Shown here: in pieces, positions 10,605 to 20,552 of the stretch
Layout of the letters: each line of letters begins with the position of its first letter
Position numbering within the stretch: the stretch's first letter is position 1
Assembly (NCBI GenBank): GCA_028867595.1
Contig: JAGWGB010000001.1
Span: 73,630 to 137,629, forward strand
Direction: 5' to 3'
Length of the DNA stretch: 64,000 nucleotides
Source: Nitrososphaerota archaeon
Lineage (GTDB): Archaea > Thermoproteota > Nitrososphaeria > Nitrososphaerales > Nitrosopumilaceae
Program-made: the position numbers and the translations under genes
The notes under the pieces: model-generated
The model's input: the letters and a program-made list of their open reading frames with translations, nothing else
What the model was told of the DNA's origin: nothing
Databases searched by the model: none

Positions 10605-10766
10605 ATGAATATATCTACAATTTGAGATAAAAGATCATTGTATAAATTCACTAGTGTATTTTTACATAATAATCTTCATCCTACAACCATATTTTATAGC
10701 ATAGAAATTACCAGAAGATCCTAGAAATGATATTAGCCAATTAAGTGCGTTTTATTCATCAATAAT

Positions 10767-11093
10767 TTAAACAATTTTTGGTTTTTCCAATGCATTCAGG
10801 AATGACGAGACAAGTTTTATGTATGAATACTTGCCAAGCTCCTTCCTTATCGATTCAATTATTTTTAAATGAATATCGTACTCCAAATGTGAGAGAGCCA
10901 TGTTTAGATATTCTGGATGTTTGTAGCAATCCACAATCTCACAATCATAAAGATTCATTAGTAAATCAGATATTTTTTTATGAATATTATCACCAACAGC
11001 AAAAAGCACGCTTTCAACTGCAACCGTTACTAATGCTTTGCGCGTTTGATCAAGAGTTGAATTTCCTTGATGAAACAAGACGTTTGCTGCCAA
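10767..11093 (-). CDS. NitrOD5/DUF3227-like thaumarchaeal output-domain protein
   Basis: 'ALVTVAVESVL...C...DCYKHPEYL..AL' resembles the Nitrosopumilus output-domain family. Confidence 0.55.
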   Translation of the reverse strand: MAANVLFHQGNSTLDQTRKALVTVAVESVLFAVGDNIHKKISDLLMNLYDCEIVDCYKHPEYLNMALSHLEYDIHLKIIESIRKELGKYSYIKLVSSFLNALEKPKIV

Positions 11094-11204
11094 AGTTGAC
11101 GTTGCTTGTTAGTTTTTAATTTATTTAAATTACCATGGAAGATTCTTCTATGATTTCATTCCATAAGATAACTTTTACCTCTAATGTTTTAGTGGTAAAA
11201 TCAT

Positions 11205-12038
11205 CTATGATTGAGACCAAATAAAATCAAAAAGCATTCGCATAGAGTAAATTAACGGTATTGAATCACTCCAAAATGCTACGGTATTGGATGGATAGTC
11301 GTTTGTGCTCCTGGTATAAAACAACAACTCATTATCATTTACCACGAAACATAGATTATCATGTACCTCATTAGAAGTTTTTTTAACTTGTAAATGTTTG
11401 AGTTTTTTAACAAGATCATTTGTCTTGGTTATTTGTGACACAAGTAATCGTAAGTTTTTTTCGGTTTTATCAAGTACCACGAATGCGTCAGAATGATAAA
11501 AACCCATTACTTCCTTTTCCGAGCATAACATCTGGATTTCTTTTGAGTTTTGAACCATTTCACACACTTTTGCATGAATTTGGTTGCTACCCTTCAAAAT
11601 TTGAAATCGGTCATCCTTGTCAGAAGGTTTTTCATTCATAAAATTAGGTATCATATGCCACAATCTAACCAGATTTTCTCCATTTCGTTCCAAGTTATTT
11701 ACTCGCTGTTTCTCGACATTTACCAAATTCCATATTGCCTTTTCAAGTGGTAACGCATAGAATCTCATTGGATGCTGCATGGTAGAATATACGATGCCTT
11801 TATTCATCAGTATTTTTAAGATACCATAAGCTTCAGTGCGGCGAATCTTTAATGCTTTAACTATATCAAAGGCAGTTTTAGGGCCATATTTCCCAAGATA
11901 GATATACACTTTTGACAGATTCGGAGTAAAGCCAAAAGATGAGAGCTCCTTTTGCAGGTTTGTTACTTGATCTTTGAAATTAATTGCAGTATGAGAGTCA
12001 TGATTAAACAATGTTTGCTGTATAATCTCATCCTTCAT
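11205..12038 (-). CDS. TrmB-family transcriptional regulator
   Basis: 'LSSFGFTPNLSKVYIYL', 'RTEAYGILKILMNKGIV', 'HPMRFYALP' wHTH, plus a C-terminal effector-like domain. Confidence 0.88.
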   Translation of the reverse strand: MKDEIIQQTLFNHDSHTAINFKDQVTNLQKELSSFGFTPNLSKVYIYLGKYGPKTAFDIVKALKIRRTEAYGILKILMNKGIVYSTMQHPMRFYALPLEKAIWNLVNVEKQRVNNLERNGENLVRLWHMIPNFMNEKPSDKDDRFQILKGSNQIHAKVCEMVQNSKEIQMLCSEKEVMGFYHSDAFVVLDKTEKNLRLLVSQITKTNDLVKKLKHLQVKKTSNEVHDNLCFVVNDNELLFYTRSTNDYPSNTVAFWSDSIPLIYSMRMLFDFIWSQS

Positions 12039-12390
12039 ATCAAACCGATATTGACATAGTATAAAATCATTAAGTAGGTTTTCGATGGATTAATTGACCA
12101 GTATAAGAAAAGCTTCTCGATTAGTATTTTTGTTTCAAATGATGAACTGTACATTTCCATGGGTTATGATTTCATATATGTATTTTAGATTGTATGTTAA
12201 TTCAACATAGAACATCATTACCTAATATCAATACATTTAACATGAAAAACGATCATGGCATAGCATAATGTAGACAAACAATCAGATCAATGCTGCAGTA
12301 TTGCAAATTGTCTAAGTAGATCTCAGATATAATAATTCTAGAACATTTTTTGTTTACTGATATAATCTTTGCTTAACATGACATATCAAA

Positions 12391-12504
12391 TTGCAAGTAA
12401 ACAACACAGTTTCTCACATATTCAAAATTCAGGCTAGTGTGGATGAAGAGAATGACGAATGGGGATTGGAGGAAGATGAGTGGGGATTGAATGAAGAAGT
12501 TTAA
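12391..12504 (+). CDS. possible 37-aa acidic microprotein with a tandem DEWGL repeat
   Basis: TTG start; ...SVDEENDEWGLEEDEWGLNEEV*; DNA repeat GA(C/T)GA(A/G)TGGGGATTG twice. Confidence 0.35.
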   Translation: MQVNNTVSHIFKIQASVDEENDEWGLEEDEWGLNEEV

Positions 12505-12848
12505 TCGTGACGTATAAAGATCTTGCTAATGCATTGAAAGATATTTTGCTAGTAAAAGGGTATAGAAGAATATTACGCGAGGATTAAATAAAATACCGTA
12601 CATCCCAAACTGTGAAAGTACTATTAACCCATACACATACAAGAAATACTTCAAGTGATCCAAAACAAATTAGCATTGAATTTCCAAATTTCATACGATT
12701 CATTTACACAGAAAGTCAACCAACAGATAATTTTGAAGATTCCAAACTCATTTTAACAGACGATCTGATGAACCACATAGAGTATTCCAGGAACAGGTCA
12801 AATTCTGACATTATTCTCACTCAATGTGCATCCATGCCATGTTAGAAT

Positions 12849-13154
12849 ATGCCTCAAGCGGATACCTTCTCCGAACGAAGCGTCATGGGCTGGGGAAATC
12901 GAGGCTGGGTAGAAATAGTTGAAACAATTCTAGAGATTTGTGAAAATGGCGCACTGAAAACTCACATCATGTATAGATGCAATCTTAATTCAAAACAAAT
13001 AGCTCAATATCTACACTTTCTAGAAAATCACAGACTGATAAATACAATTGCAGAACCACCTACAACAAAACGCCCCATTTTTGTAACTGCCGAGTTAGGG
13101 AAGAGATACATCAATGCGTATAGACAGCTAGAAAACATATTCAAAAAAAATTAA
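12849..13154 (+). CDS. winged helix-turn-helix protein (HTH_45/ArnR1-like)
   Basis: 'EIVETILEIC.NGALKTHIMYRCNLNSKQI..YL.FL' and 'TAELGKRY'. Confidence 0.85.
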   Translation: MPQADTFSERSVMGWGNRGWVEIVETILEICENGALKTHIMYRCNLNSKQIAQYLHFLENHRLINTIAEPPTTKRPIFVTAELGKRYINAYRQLENIFKKN

Positions 13155-13353
13155 TTTTTTATTTTTACAATATTATTCCCATCAAACATAGATCTGCATT
13201 GCAGGTTCAATAGCAACAAGCCTCGATTAAGATACATGTTGTCAAACATCATATCACATCAAAAAAGACATTTAGAGTCAGAACCATTGGAATTTATAAA
13301 AAAATAATTTGTGAAATTATGCAATTTCACTTGAGAGATTGTGGCTTGTTGTT

Positions 13354-13581
13354 TTACACATGTAGTATGAGATCATCTTCCTTTGCCACTCCTACAGTAC
13401 TAAAGCTCACAGAAGTTTCTACCTGAAGCGACTCAACATGATAGAAGCACAGATTATGAAATATTTCTTCAGTATACGAACCGCATAGTGAGCAGACCCT
13501 CTTTATCGGTTTTCTACATTCTGAACATAACGACCAATTAGTCAACATGCCTCCACATTTTCTACACATTTCATCATGCAT
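13354..13581 (-). CDS. small Cys-rich zinc-ribbon protein
   Basis: Three CxxC motifs (CRKC, CSEC, CSLC) plus HxxC. Confidence 0.65.
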   Translation of the reverse strand: MHDEMCRKCGGMLTNWSLCSECRKPIKRVCSLCGSYTEEIFHNLCFYHVESLQVETSVSFSTVGVAKEDDLILHV

Positions 13582-13646
13582 TTCATATCACTTTCATTTT
13601 ATGGTTAATAACCGACTCTCACTACTGAGGAAAGTAAAAATTCTAC

Positions 13647-13985
13647 TTACAAATCTTCTATTCGATAGATCTGCTTTACATAGAAATTTTCAATATTGAA
13701 TTTTTTGCTATAAAGCGAGCGTCCTTTCTCTGTTAAAATTAATTCTTCCTTCCCATCATCGTTAATTTCTTTTCTTATTAGATCCATCATTTCAAGCCAG
13801 TCAATATACAAACGGCATTTGTCATACCCCATGCTACAAGTAGTTGCAAGAAGAGTCTTTTTCATTCGTGCATTATTATGCAATATGCTAACAATGCGCT
13901 TTACGGTTTTCCAATCAATTCTTTTCAATTCTCGTTTATTTTTTTTTAATTGGTTCAAGACCAATTCTCCTTTAATTTGATTCAC
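13647..13985 (-). CDS. winged helix-turn-helix protein (HTH_45-like)
   Basis: 'KKTLLATTCSMGYDKC..Y..WLE.MDLI' and 'LTEKGR' wing. Confidence 0.8.
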   Translation of the reverse strand: MNQIKGELVLNQLKKNKRELKRIDWKTVKRIVSILHNNARMKKTLLATTCSMGYDKCRLYIDWLEMMDLIRKEINDDGKEELILTEKGRSLYSKKFNIENFYVKQIYRIEDL

Positions 13986-14167
13986 CTTTCAACATCGATA
14001 GGCAGAAAATGTTCCTAACGAAATAAAGTCTTGCGCATATTTCCTACTATTAATGAATTCAGAATGAGATTTCCACACACGGTTACAAAAAAGATGCCAC
14101 CATAGAAGAATCTTCTGTATCAGACGAACAAATTATTTTTATAATAAAATCGCACTAATGACGTATC

Positions 14168-14440
14168 TTGAAATATAGAAGTAGAACAGAGATAGTTGCC
14201 ATGATCCTTGATGCCGCACGCATAGGAGCCACAAAAACAAAGATCATGTACAAAGCATACTTGTCATACACACAGGTGAAGGAGTATCTCAAATTTTTAC
14301 AAGAAAATAATTTGATAAAATATGAGGATGGAACTCAGCTTTTCAGGGTTACTGAAAAGGGACGACATTTTATGCAAGCATATGAGGAAATTAGTGATTT
14401 GGTTTCATCAAAAACAAATAGAAAGACCGTTAATGTTTAG
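14168..14440 (+). CDS. winged helix-turn-helix protein (HTH_45/ArnR1-like)
   Basis: 'MKYRSRTEIVAMIL...GATKTKIMYKAYLSYTQVKEYL...VTEKG'. Confidence 0.9.
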   Translation: MKYRSRTEIVAMILDAARIGATKTKIMYKAYLSYTQVKEYLKFLQENNLIKYEDGTQLFRVTEKGRHFMQAYEEISDLVSSKTNRKTVNV

Positions 14441-14596
14441 TGTTTTAAGCAAATAACACCAGTATTTCAATTTTGAACATTACAATGGATCAAATATTAT
14501 ATTTTCCAATAATATTGTTCTAAGAGAATTTTAGGATGAAAAATTATTTAGCTATCATACAAAGAGCTTTAAAGATAGAACGTAGCCCATGCAAGC

Positions 14597-15598
14597 ATGG
14601 CATCAGAAAATAATTCTGTCAGAGTGGATGAGGACGGATGTCCAGCTTGTAAAGGAATGATTATTTCAGATATTGAGAGAGGTGAAAAAATATGTACTAA
14701 CTGTGGAATGGTAAGCGGTCCACATTATGACACGACTCATTTAGAAAACAGTGCTTTTGCTTCTGGTATAGAAAGCGATAATTGTAAAAGTCCAACTTCT
14801 TTGATTATGTACGATATAGGATTATCTACTTTTATTGATAAAAAAAACATAGATGCAAATGGAAAAATGATTCAAAGAAATTTGGAAGTTGAAAAACTTA
14901 GACGATTGAACAAATTTTCCATATCAAACGACTCAAAGACAAGAAATCTCACAAAAGCAGTAAAGGAAATTCTTCGTATAACTGAGATACTAGGTATGAG
15001 TCCATCAATAGCAGAGCGAGCAAACTACATCTATCGAAAGGCGTTAAACATGAAACTCATTAGAGGCAGATCGATTACTGGCATAGTTGCTGCTACAATA
15101 TACATTGCGTGTAAGGATGCTGGCATTCATTTTCCAATAGAGCAGATTGAAAAAGTGGTAGAAAACGGTAGCAGGAAGAATGTAATGCATTATTACAAAC
15201 TATTACTTCGATGTATGAAAATGAATGTAGTAGTACCGGAACCAGCAAAGTATCTATCCAGAATAGCGGCAAACGCTAAACTAAGCGGAAAGACTGAGAG
15301 AAGAGCATTTGAGATCTTGTCACAAATAGAAAATGAACCAGCATTATCTGGAAAAAAGCCCATCTCACTTGCAGCATCTGCCTTATACCTTGCTGCATTG
15401 CAGATAGGAGAACATACAACACAATTGAGAATTGCAATAGCATCTGAACTTACTACCATTACCATTCGTAAAAGATGTTTAGAAATTAGCCAGTTGTTAG
15501 ATGATAGTCAACATGATAATTCCACAGATAAGGTACAAGAAAATTTCGATACGAGTAAAGAGAATGATGTTATCGAGATCATTTCAGTTGGAACATAA
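14597..15598 (+). CDS. tfb: transcription initiation factor IIB (TFB) paralog
   Basis: Zn ribbon CPAC...CTNCG; two cyclin repeats with 'LIRGRSI..IVAA.IYIAC' and 'GKKPISLAASALY', 'TIRKR'. Confidence 0.92.
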   Translation: MASENNSVRVDEDGCPACKGMIISDIERGEKICTNCGMVSGPHYDTTHLENSAFASGIESDNCKSPTSLIMYDIGLSTFIDKKNIDANGKMIQRNLEVEKLRRLNKFSISNDSKTRNLTKAVKEILRITEILGMSPSIAERANYIYRKALNMKLIRGRSITGIVAATIYIACKDAGIHFPIEQIEKVVENGSRKNVMHYYKLLLRCMKMNVVVPEPAKYLSRIAANAKLSGKTERRAFEILSQIENEPALSGKKPISLAASALYLAALQIGEHTTQLRIAIASELTTITIRKRCLEISQLLDDSQHDNSTDKVQENFDTSKENDVIEIISVGT

Positions 15599-15753
15599 GG
15601 CAAAAACATGTTTTTGAAAAACGGTGTGTTAGACCTATTTAAAAAATAAAATAACTCAATATCATTAATAATTAAAACTTCGAATTTAAACCGAATCAAT
15701 CTTCTAGTATATTGTATGCATATACAGATAATCTTAGAAGGGAAATACTATAA

Positions 15754-15975
15754 GTGATGACAAATAACTCAGTTATTGATATACAAAATAGTCATTTAAA
15801 ATCAAAAGACTTGCAAGACAACACAATACAGAAAAACAGCTTTTCACCTCCAATATGTTCGGCATGTAAAGGTAAGATGCAAATTTCAGAGGGAGATGTG
15901 ATCTATGGAGACAGATGGTATCATAATTCATGTTGGAAAGAAATACAAAAACTGGCAGATATGATATCACAATAA
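15754..15975 (+). CDS. small zinc-finger protein (CxxC...HxxC)
   Basis: 'CSACKGKMQISEGDVIYGDRWYHNSCW'. Confidence 0.65.
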   Translation: MMTNNSVIDIQNSHLKSKDLQDNTIQKNSFSPPICSACKGKMQISEGDVIYGDRWYHNSCWKEIQKLADMISQ

Positions 15976-16054
15976 ATCACTACTTGAAGATACGAATAAT
16001 TTTTAAACACTTGTAAATGATTCCCTAAAACAACATATACCTTATTTTCTTATA

Positions 16055-17509
16055 TTGAACAGATACTTAGGTGAATCAATGACAAACGACACGGAGAATA
16101 GTCAACCACTTTACAGCGAAGTTAAGATTCCGAAAGAACTTTCTCAGTTCTTGAAGCGTGAAACATATTCATTACTTATCAAAGGCCATACTGGGACCGG
16201 AAAGACCACACTTGCTCTAAGCATTCTCAAAGAACTAAACATAAACAAAAACTGCCTGTATATTTCTACACGCATCTCTCCAGAACAACTCTATCAGAAC
16301 TATCCATGGGTTGAGAGTTTTTTTGTTCAAACAAAAAAAGTAGAATTGCAAGAAACATCAGATATTGAAAAAAAACATCGAGTGTTTGTTGATGCCAGAC
16401 TTGATGAATCCGGTTCACTTTTTGAACTCATTACAAATGAATTAATGGATGTAAAGGCACCAACGATTGTTATCGATACATGGGATGCGATAGGATCTCT
16501 CATGGATAGAGAAGCTTTGGTGAACAATGCCAAGGTGTTACAAACATGGACAGAACGCGCACATGCAAAATTAATCTTTGTGAGAGAAGATCCAGAAGAC
16601 AATACATTTGATTTTTTAGTAGATGGCATAGTTGAACTCAAAAAAAGACATCATAATGAACGGCTGGTAAGAGAAATTTCGCTTTTAAAATTACGAGGAA
16701 TTAAAATCGCAAGACCGTCATACACGTTTTCACTTAACTATAGTTTTTTTCATAGTTATGAACATTACAACCCATCACAATTTTTCAATTTAGAATATTT
16801 TTTCTCATCCAAACATATTGATAGAAATGCATTAAAAAACAATAGCGCTCATTTCTCCACAGGATATCACGAATTAGATGAAGTATTAGGCGGCGGATTT
16901 CCGGTAGGATGTACAGTAAGTGTAGAACTTGACACTCATGTAAATGCCAAAATTTCCCTTGCTTTTCTAAGTAAAATCATACGGGGTTTTATTTCAAGTC
17001 AAAATCTCCTCTTATTCCAACCCTTTGAGAAGACCAACATCGAAGTATTAACCAAGTACCAAAAATCTTTAGGATTGCAAAAAGACATGGTAAACATACT
17101 ACCGATTGCAGGTCAGACCATGAAATCTCCACCTCGCACTGATATGACAACGCAAACGGAACAGATCCAAGAAGAGATATCAAAAATCAAGAAGAAAAAT
17201 CGAAAAAAGATGCTTTTAAGCATATTGAATGCTGACGTATTAAGATCAGTTTCAAAAACAGAATCTAACAAAAATGATCTTGATCTCTTATCACAGATCA
17301 AGTCAAATTCCGACCTAACAATTTTTATTTCAAGACGCCCAACAGATAACAAGCATACTTTTGTTTCTGAAATGGCTGACATTCGTTTGAACATACTAGA
17401 GATTGATGGCACCATGTTTCTTCAATCAGATACACCATGGTCTCATCTTTATGCAATTGCAATTCAATCTGACAGAGGTCACGGAATTGAACTTGAACCA
17501 ATGGTATAA
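16055..17509 (+). CDS. GvpD-like RAD55/KaiC-type P-loop ATPase
   Basis: 'PKELSQF', GHTGTGKTT, 'LYISTR', 'DFLVDGIV', 'KLRG', second half 'FSTG..ELD.VLGGG' parallel haloarchaeal GvpD; likely start ATG 16079. Confidence 0.8.
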   Translation: MNRYLGESMTNDTENSQPLYSEVKIPKELSQFLKRETYSLLIKGHTGTGKTTLALSILKELNINKNCLYISTRISPEQLYQNYPWVESFFVQTKKVELQETSDIEKKHRVFVDARLDESGSLFELITNELMDVKAPTIVIDTWDAIGSLMDREALVNNAKVLQTWTERAHAKLIFVREDPEDNTFDFLVDGIVELKKRHHNERLVREISLLKLRGIKIARPSYTFSLNYSFFHSYEHYNPSQFFNLEYFFSSKHIDRNALKNNSAHFSTGYHELDEVLGGGFPVGCTVSVELDTHVNAKISLAFLSKIIRGFISSQNLLLFQPFEKTNIEVLTKYQKSLGLQKDMVNILPIAGQTMKSPPRTDMTTQTEQIQEEISKIKKKNRKKMLLSILNADVLRSVSKTESNKNDLDLLSQIKSNSDLTIFISRRPTDNKHTFVSEMADIRLNILEIDGTMFLQSDTPWSHLYAIAIQSDRGHGIELEPMV

Positions 17510-17619
17510 CTCTCGATATAAAATTAAATCGAATTTACGAACCATATTTTCTTTAAAAATCGTATAGAACATTATTCCATAGTCATTATATTTATGAATA
17601 AACGAGTTGACGTTTAGAA

Positions 17620-18459
17620 TTGATCACTGAAAATAAAATCAATGTGGATGTAAAATCTAATTACACAGAACAAATAAGACACAAAAGTACTAATTTTAAT
17701 TCAAATCTATTACGCGATTCAGATATTAACAAACAACTGATGTTGTGGCATAATATGCAAAACGAATTGGTTAACATCGCCAGCCACGAAATGAAAACAC
17801 CTATTCAATCTATACTAGCCTATTCAGAATTGTTACTCTACAAGCCTTATGAGGTTACCACAGAATATGTAGAAGCAATATACAGAAATGCTCTCCGATT
17901 ACAAAAATTATCAAATAATCTTCTTGACATAACAAGAATAGAGAATCATGCCTTTACCCTAAAAAATGAAATATTTGATCTCAATGAGCTTATCTCACGT
18001 ACCATACAAGAATTTACAAGACAAATTCAGGTAGGGGTAATAGAAAACAAAGATGTTACATTTTTGTTTTCTACAAAAGACAGTCTGTATGTTTGGGCAG
18101 ACAAAGATCGCATATCCCAAGTCATTTCAAATTTGATAGATAATGCACTCAAATTTACTCAAGAAGGAAGTATTACAATAGAAACGAAATCGCATGACAA
18201 CATGGCAATGATTTCTGTAAGAGACAGCGGAGTAGGCATAAGTTCACAAATTGCACCCAAATTATTTTCTAAATTTTCCACATCAGAATACAATGGTACT
18301 GGTTTGGGCCTATACATTTCCAAGGCCATAATTGAAAAACACGGAGGAAGAATTTGGGCTGAAAATGGTATCCATAAGGGAGCTACTTTTTTGTTTGAAA
18401 TTCCCTGCATAACCGATTTAGATTTAACACATAGTAGAAAGCACACGGTATATTTTTAA
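17620..18459 (+). CDS. cytoplasmic histidine kinase (HisKA + HATPase, no recognisable sensor)
   Basis: H-box ASHEMKTP, N-box NLIDNALKFT, DSGVG, GTGLGL, GGRIW, GATF; no TM segment. Confidence 0.92.
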   Translation: MITENKINVDVKSNYTEQIRHKSTNFNSNLLRDSDINKQLMLWHNMQNELVNIASHEMKTPIQSILAYSELLLYKPYEVTTEYVEAIYRNALRLQKLSNNLLDITRIENHAFTLKNEIFDLNELISRTIQEFTRQIQVGVIENKDVTFLFSTKDSLYVWADKDRISQVISNLIDNALKFTQEGSITIETKSHDNMAMISVRDSGVGISSQIAPKLFSKFSTSEYNGTGLGLYISKAIIEKHGGRIWAENGIHKGATFLFEIPCITDLDLTHSRKHTVYF

Positions 18460-18464
18460 ACAAA

Positions 18465-18851
18465 ATGCCTCCAGACAAAGTAATGAAAAAAATTCTAGTT
18501 GTCGATGATGAGCCAGATATTACATCTTCAATAAAAACAGGATTAGAAAAGAAAGGGTTTTTGGTTGATGTGTACAATGAGCCTTTGAAAGCTCTTTCTG
18601 AATTCAAGCCCAGCATATACGATTTGTTGTTAATTGACATAAGAATGCCAAAGATGAACGGTTTTGAACTATATCGTGAGATTAAAAAGATAAGCAATGA
18701 CGCAAAGATTTGCTTTTTCACTGCATTTGAGGTATATTATGAAGAATTCAGAAAAATGTTTCCCAATTTAGAAGTAAAGTGTTTCATACGAAAGCCCATA
18801 ACGATTAACGATTTAGTGACACACATAAATTCAGAATTGGAAAAAAAATAA
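18465..18851 (+). CDS. stand-alone response regulator receiver
   Basis: ILVVDDEPD, DIRMPKMNG (phospho-Asp), FTA, KP; no output domain. Confidence 0.95.
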   Translation: MPPDKVMKKILVVDDEPDITSSIKTGLEKKGFLVDVYNEPLKALSEFKPSIYDLLLIDIRMPKMNGFELYREIKKISNDAKICFFTAFEVYYEEFRKMFPNLEVKCFIRKPITINDLVTHINSELEKK

Positions 18852-18882
18852 TCCATCCAGAAAAACTTTGAGATCTAATAGG

Positions 18883-19680
18883 TTACTTTTCCTGCCGAAT
18901 TTTCAAACTTGCCGCTTGTTCCACCTCATTTGAAAAAAATGTCGGTAGATCTGCATATGAGTCGGCATACATATACGATATACCGATTTTCTTATCTGCA
19001 ATTTCAGACAGATTGTATTTCATTTCCTGAGAATTGTTAATGTCTCCTACAATTACACTCACTTTCCAAGGAGGATATGCCTTGTTTGAGACTATTTGAT
19101 GAGAGCTGTTGGAATCAATTTCATAGATGTTAGCAATATCAGCTTCTCCTGATGCCAAATAATCACCAACATAAGTATAGTTGTATCCCGGGTTTATGTA
19201 TACAACACCTCCTAATCTATGAACATAATCTGCATATGGTTTGAAATTGGCTAGATTATTTGTGCTTCCTTCACTGTCGAAAAAAATACCGTCTGTTGGT
19301 ACCTCGGGCCCATTCATATAATAATTTATGTTGCTAAAATTCTCCGAAGTGCTAAAAATATAACCCAGAGTCTTTACACCTTTGCTTTTTAATACAGATA
19401 TGACATTATCCCAATCTGGAGTCAACACGCTACCGCATGGCCCGCTGCATGGATTTATGATAACATATTTTATTGTTCCTGGATGTTCATCGGCCATAGC
19501 ATAGACAGTTTTCCACAAATTGCTGGTTGGAGAAAAATATGGTACAACAATTATTTGCATTGTTCCACTCAGTTTGGCATGTACATCTGTACCAAACAAG
19601 CGGTTTTGAAACACGAAAAAAGTGCTTGAAAGTGCAACGGCTAGTATCACCAAAGCAAAGACAATTTTTTTTTCCAACAT
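18883..19680 (-). CDS. Spherulin-4/GH135-like glycoside hydrolase, membrane-anchored or secreted
   Basis: N-terminal TM/signal; 'VPYF.P', 'VIINPCSGP', 'LGYI', 'GIFFD', 'INPG', 'YE' Sph4 motifs. Confidence 0.8.
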   Translation of the reverse strand: MLEKKIVFALVILAVALSSTFFVFQNRLFGTDVHAKLSGTMQIIVVPYFSPTSNLWKTVYAMADEHPGTIKYVIINPCSGPCGSVLTPDWDNVISVLKSKGVKTLGYIFSTSENFSNINYYMNGPEVPTDGIFFDSEGSTNNLANFKPYADYVHRLGGVVYINPGYNYTYVGDYLASGEADIANIYEIDSNSSHQIVSNKAYPPWKVSVIVGDINNSQEMKYNLSEIADKKIGISYMYADSYADLPTFFSNEVEQAASLKIRQEK

Positions 19681-19748
19681 TAATTCACTGTATTTCGTTC
19701 TTTAAATACAGGAATCCAACTTCACGTGTAACACATTTCATCCAACAA

Positions 19749-19789
19749 TAGAACAATCTTCTAGAACAATTCATCATAGAACTTTATAA
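19749..19789 (+). promoter_or_regulatory. gvpA promoter: palindrome TAGAAC-AAT-CTTCTA (19749-19763), further TAGAAC half-sites, TATA box TTTATAA (19783-19789)
   Basis: Read directly from sequence; the TATA box is about 32 nt before the gvpA ATG; half-sites at 19762 and 19777. Confidence 0.65.
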
Positions 19790-19820
19790 CGAACAGTTTC
19801 CTAGATGAGAAGTCTAGAAA

Positions 19821-20042
19821 ATGTCGCAACAACAAATGTACAGACCCATGTTAAACATCTACGATCTGGTAGACAGAGTATTAGACAAAGGTTTAGTTAT
19901 TGATGCAAACCTATCTGTCTCACTGGTAGGAATTGAGATTCTTGTAATAAGAGCGAGAATTGTAGTCTCTGGAATTGATACTTTTCTAAGGTATGCATCA
20001 GCATTAGGACTAGCTGCACCGCCTGGACTACCACAGAAATAA
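19821..20042 (+). CDS. gvpA: major gas vesicle structural protein GvpA
   Basis: 'DLVDRVLDKGLVIDA..SVSLVGIEIL.IRARIVVS..DTFLRYA..LGL'. Confidence 0.92.
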   Translation: MSQQQMYRPMLNIYDLVDRVLDKGLVIDANLSVSLVGIEILVIRARIVVSGIDTFLRYASALGLAAPPGLPQK

Positions 20043-20062
20043 GATAAGAGAATTGATTTGGA

Positions 20063-20314
20063 TTGGCAGTATGTCTAGTTTGTGGCAAATTCACTGACAT
20101 CGGTCTAAAAAAAGCAATGAGTTCAGGTTGGGTCTTTACAAGATGTCCAGAGTGCCAGCGTGGTACCCCTCTTGACATTGTAATGTCACACCTCTCAAAA
20201 ACAGTGGGCGAGGAATATTTGGAGGGATTTTGTGAAAGGCATTGGTTCAAAGATAGCGGCATTTGCGGATATTGTAAAATGAAACGAGAGGGACATACTG
20301 AGAATGTCATCTAG
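20063..20314 (+). CDS. unknown Cys-rich zinc-binding protein within the gvp operon
   Basis: CLVC, CPEC, CERH and CGYC motifs; stop overlaps the next gene. Confidence 0.65.
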   Translation: MAVCLVCGKFTDIGLKKAMSSGWVFTRCPECQRGTPLDIVMSHLSKTVGEEYLEGFCERHWFKDSGICGYCKMKREGHTENVI

Positions 20315-20552
20315 GCAATTAACTCAACAACAACTTACCATAGTAGATCTTGTAGATAGAATTTTAGACAAAGGCGTTGTGATAACAGGAGATATCACTA
20401 TCTCAATAGTTGGAGTGGATTTGCTTTCATTAAAGATCAATCTAGTCATAGCTTCTCTAGAGACAGCTAAACGATATGGGATAAAGCTACCTTGGGAAAA
20501 ATGGGAAAAAATACAACCCAAGAAAATAACTGCCAAGAATGCAAAGAGGTAA
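20304..20552 (+). CDS. gvpJ: gas vesicle protein, GvpJ/GvpM family
   Basis: 'VDLVDRILDKGVVITGDITISIVGVDLL.LKINLVIASLETA..YG...PW'. Confidence 0.85.
   Translation: MSSRQLTQQQLTIVDLVDRILDKGVVITGDITISIVGVDLLSLKINLVIASLETAKRYGIKLPWEKWEKIQPKKITAKNAKR

Noticed and set aside
12612-12845. 77-aa ORF upstream of the wHTH gene
   Set aside because: No recognisable motif, AT-rich, and it lies where the promoter of 12849 is expected; probably spurious
19747-19795. TAGAAC repeats as a mini CRISPR array
   Set aside because: Repeats are 6-9 bp with 12-15 bp spacing, there are no cas genes, and the position next to a TATA box fits operator sites
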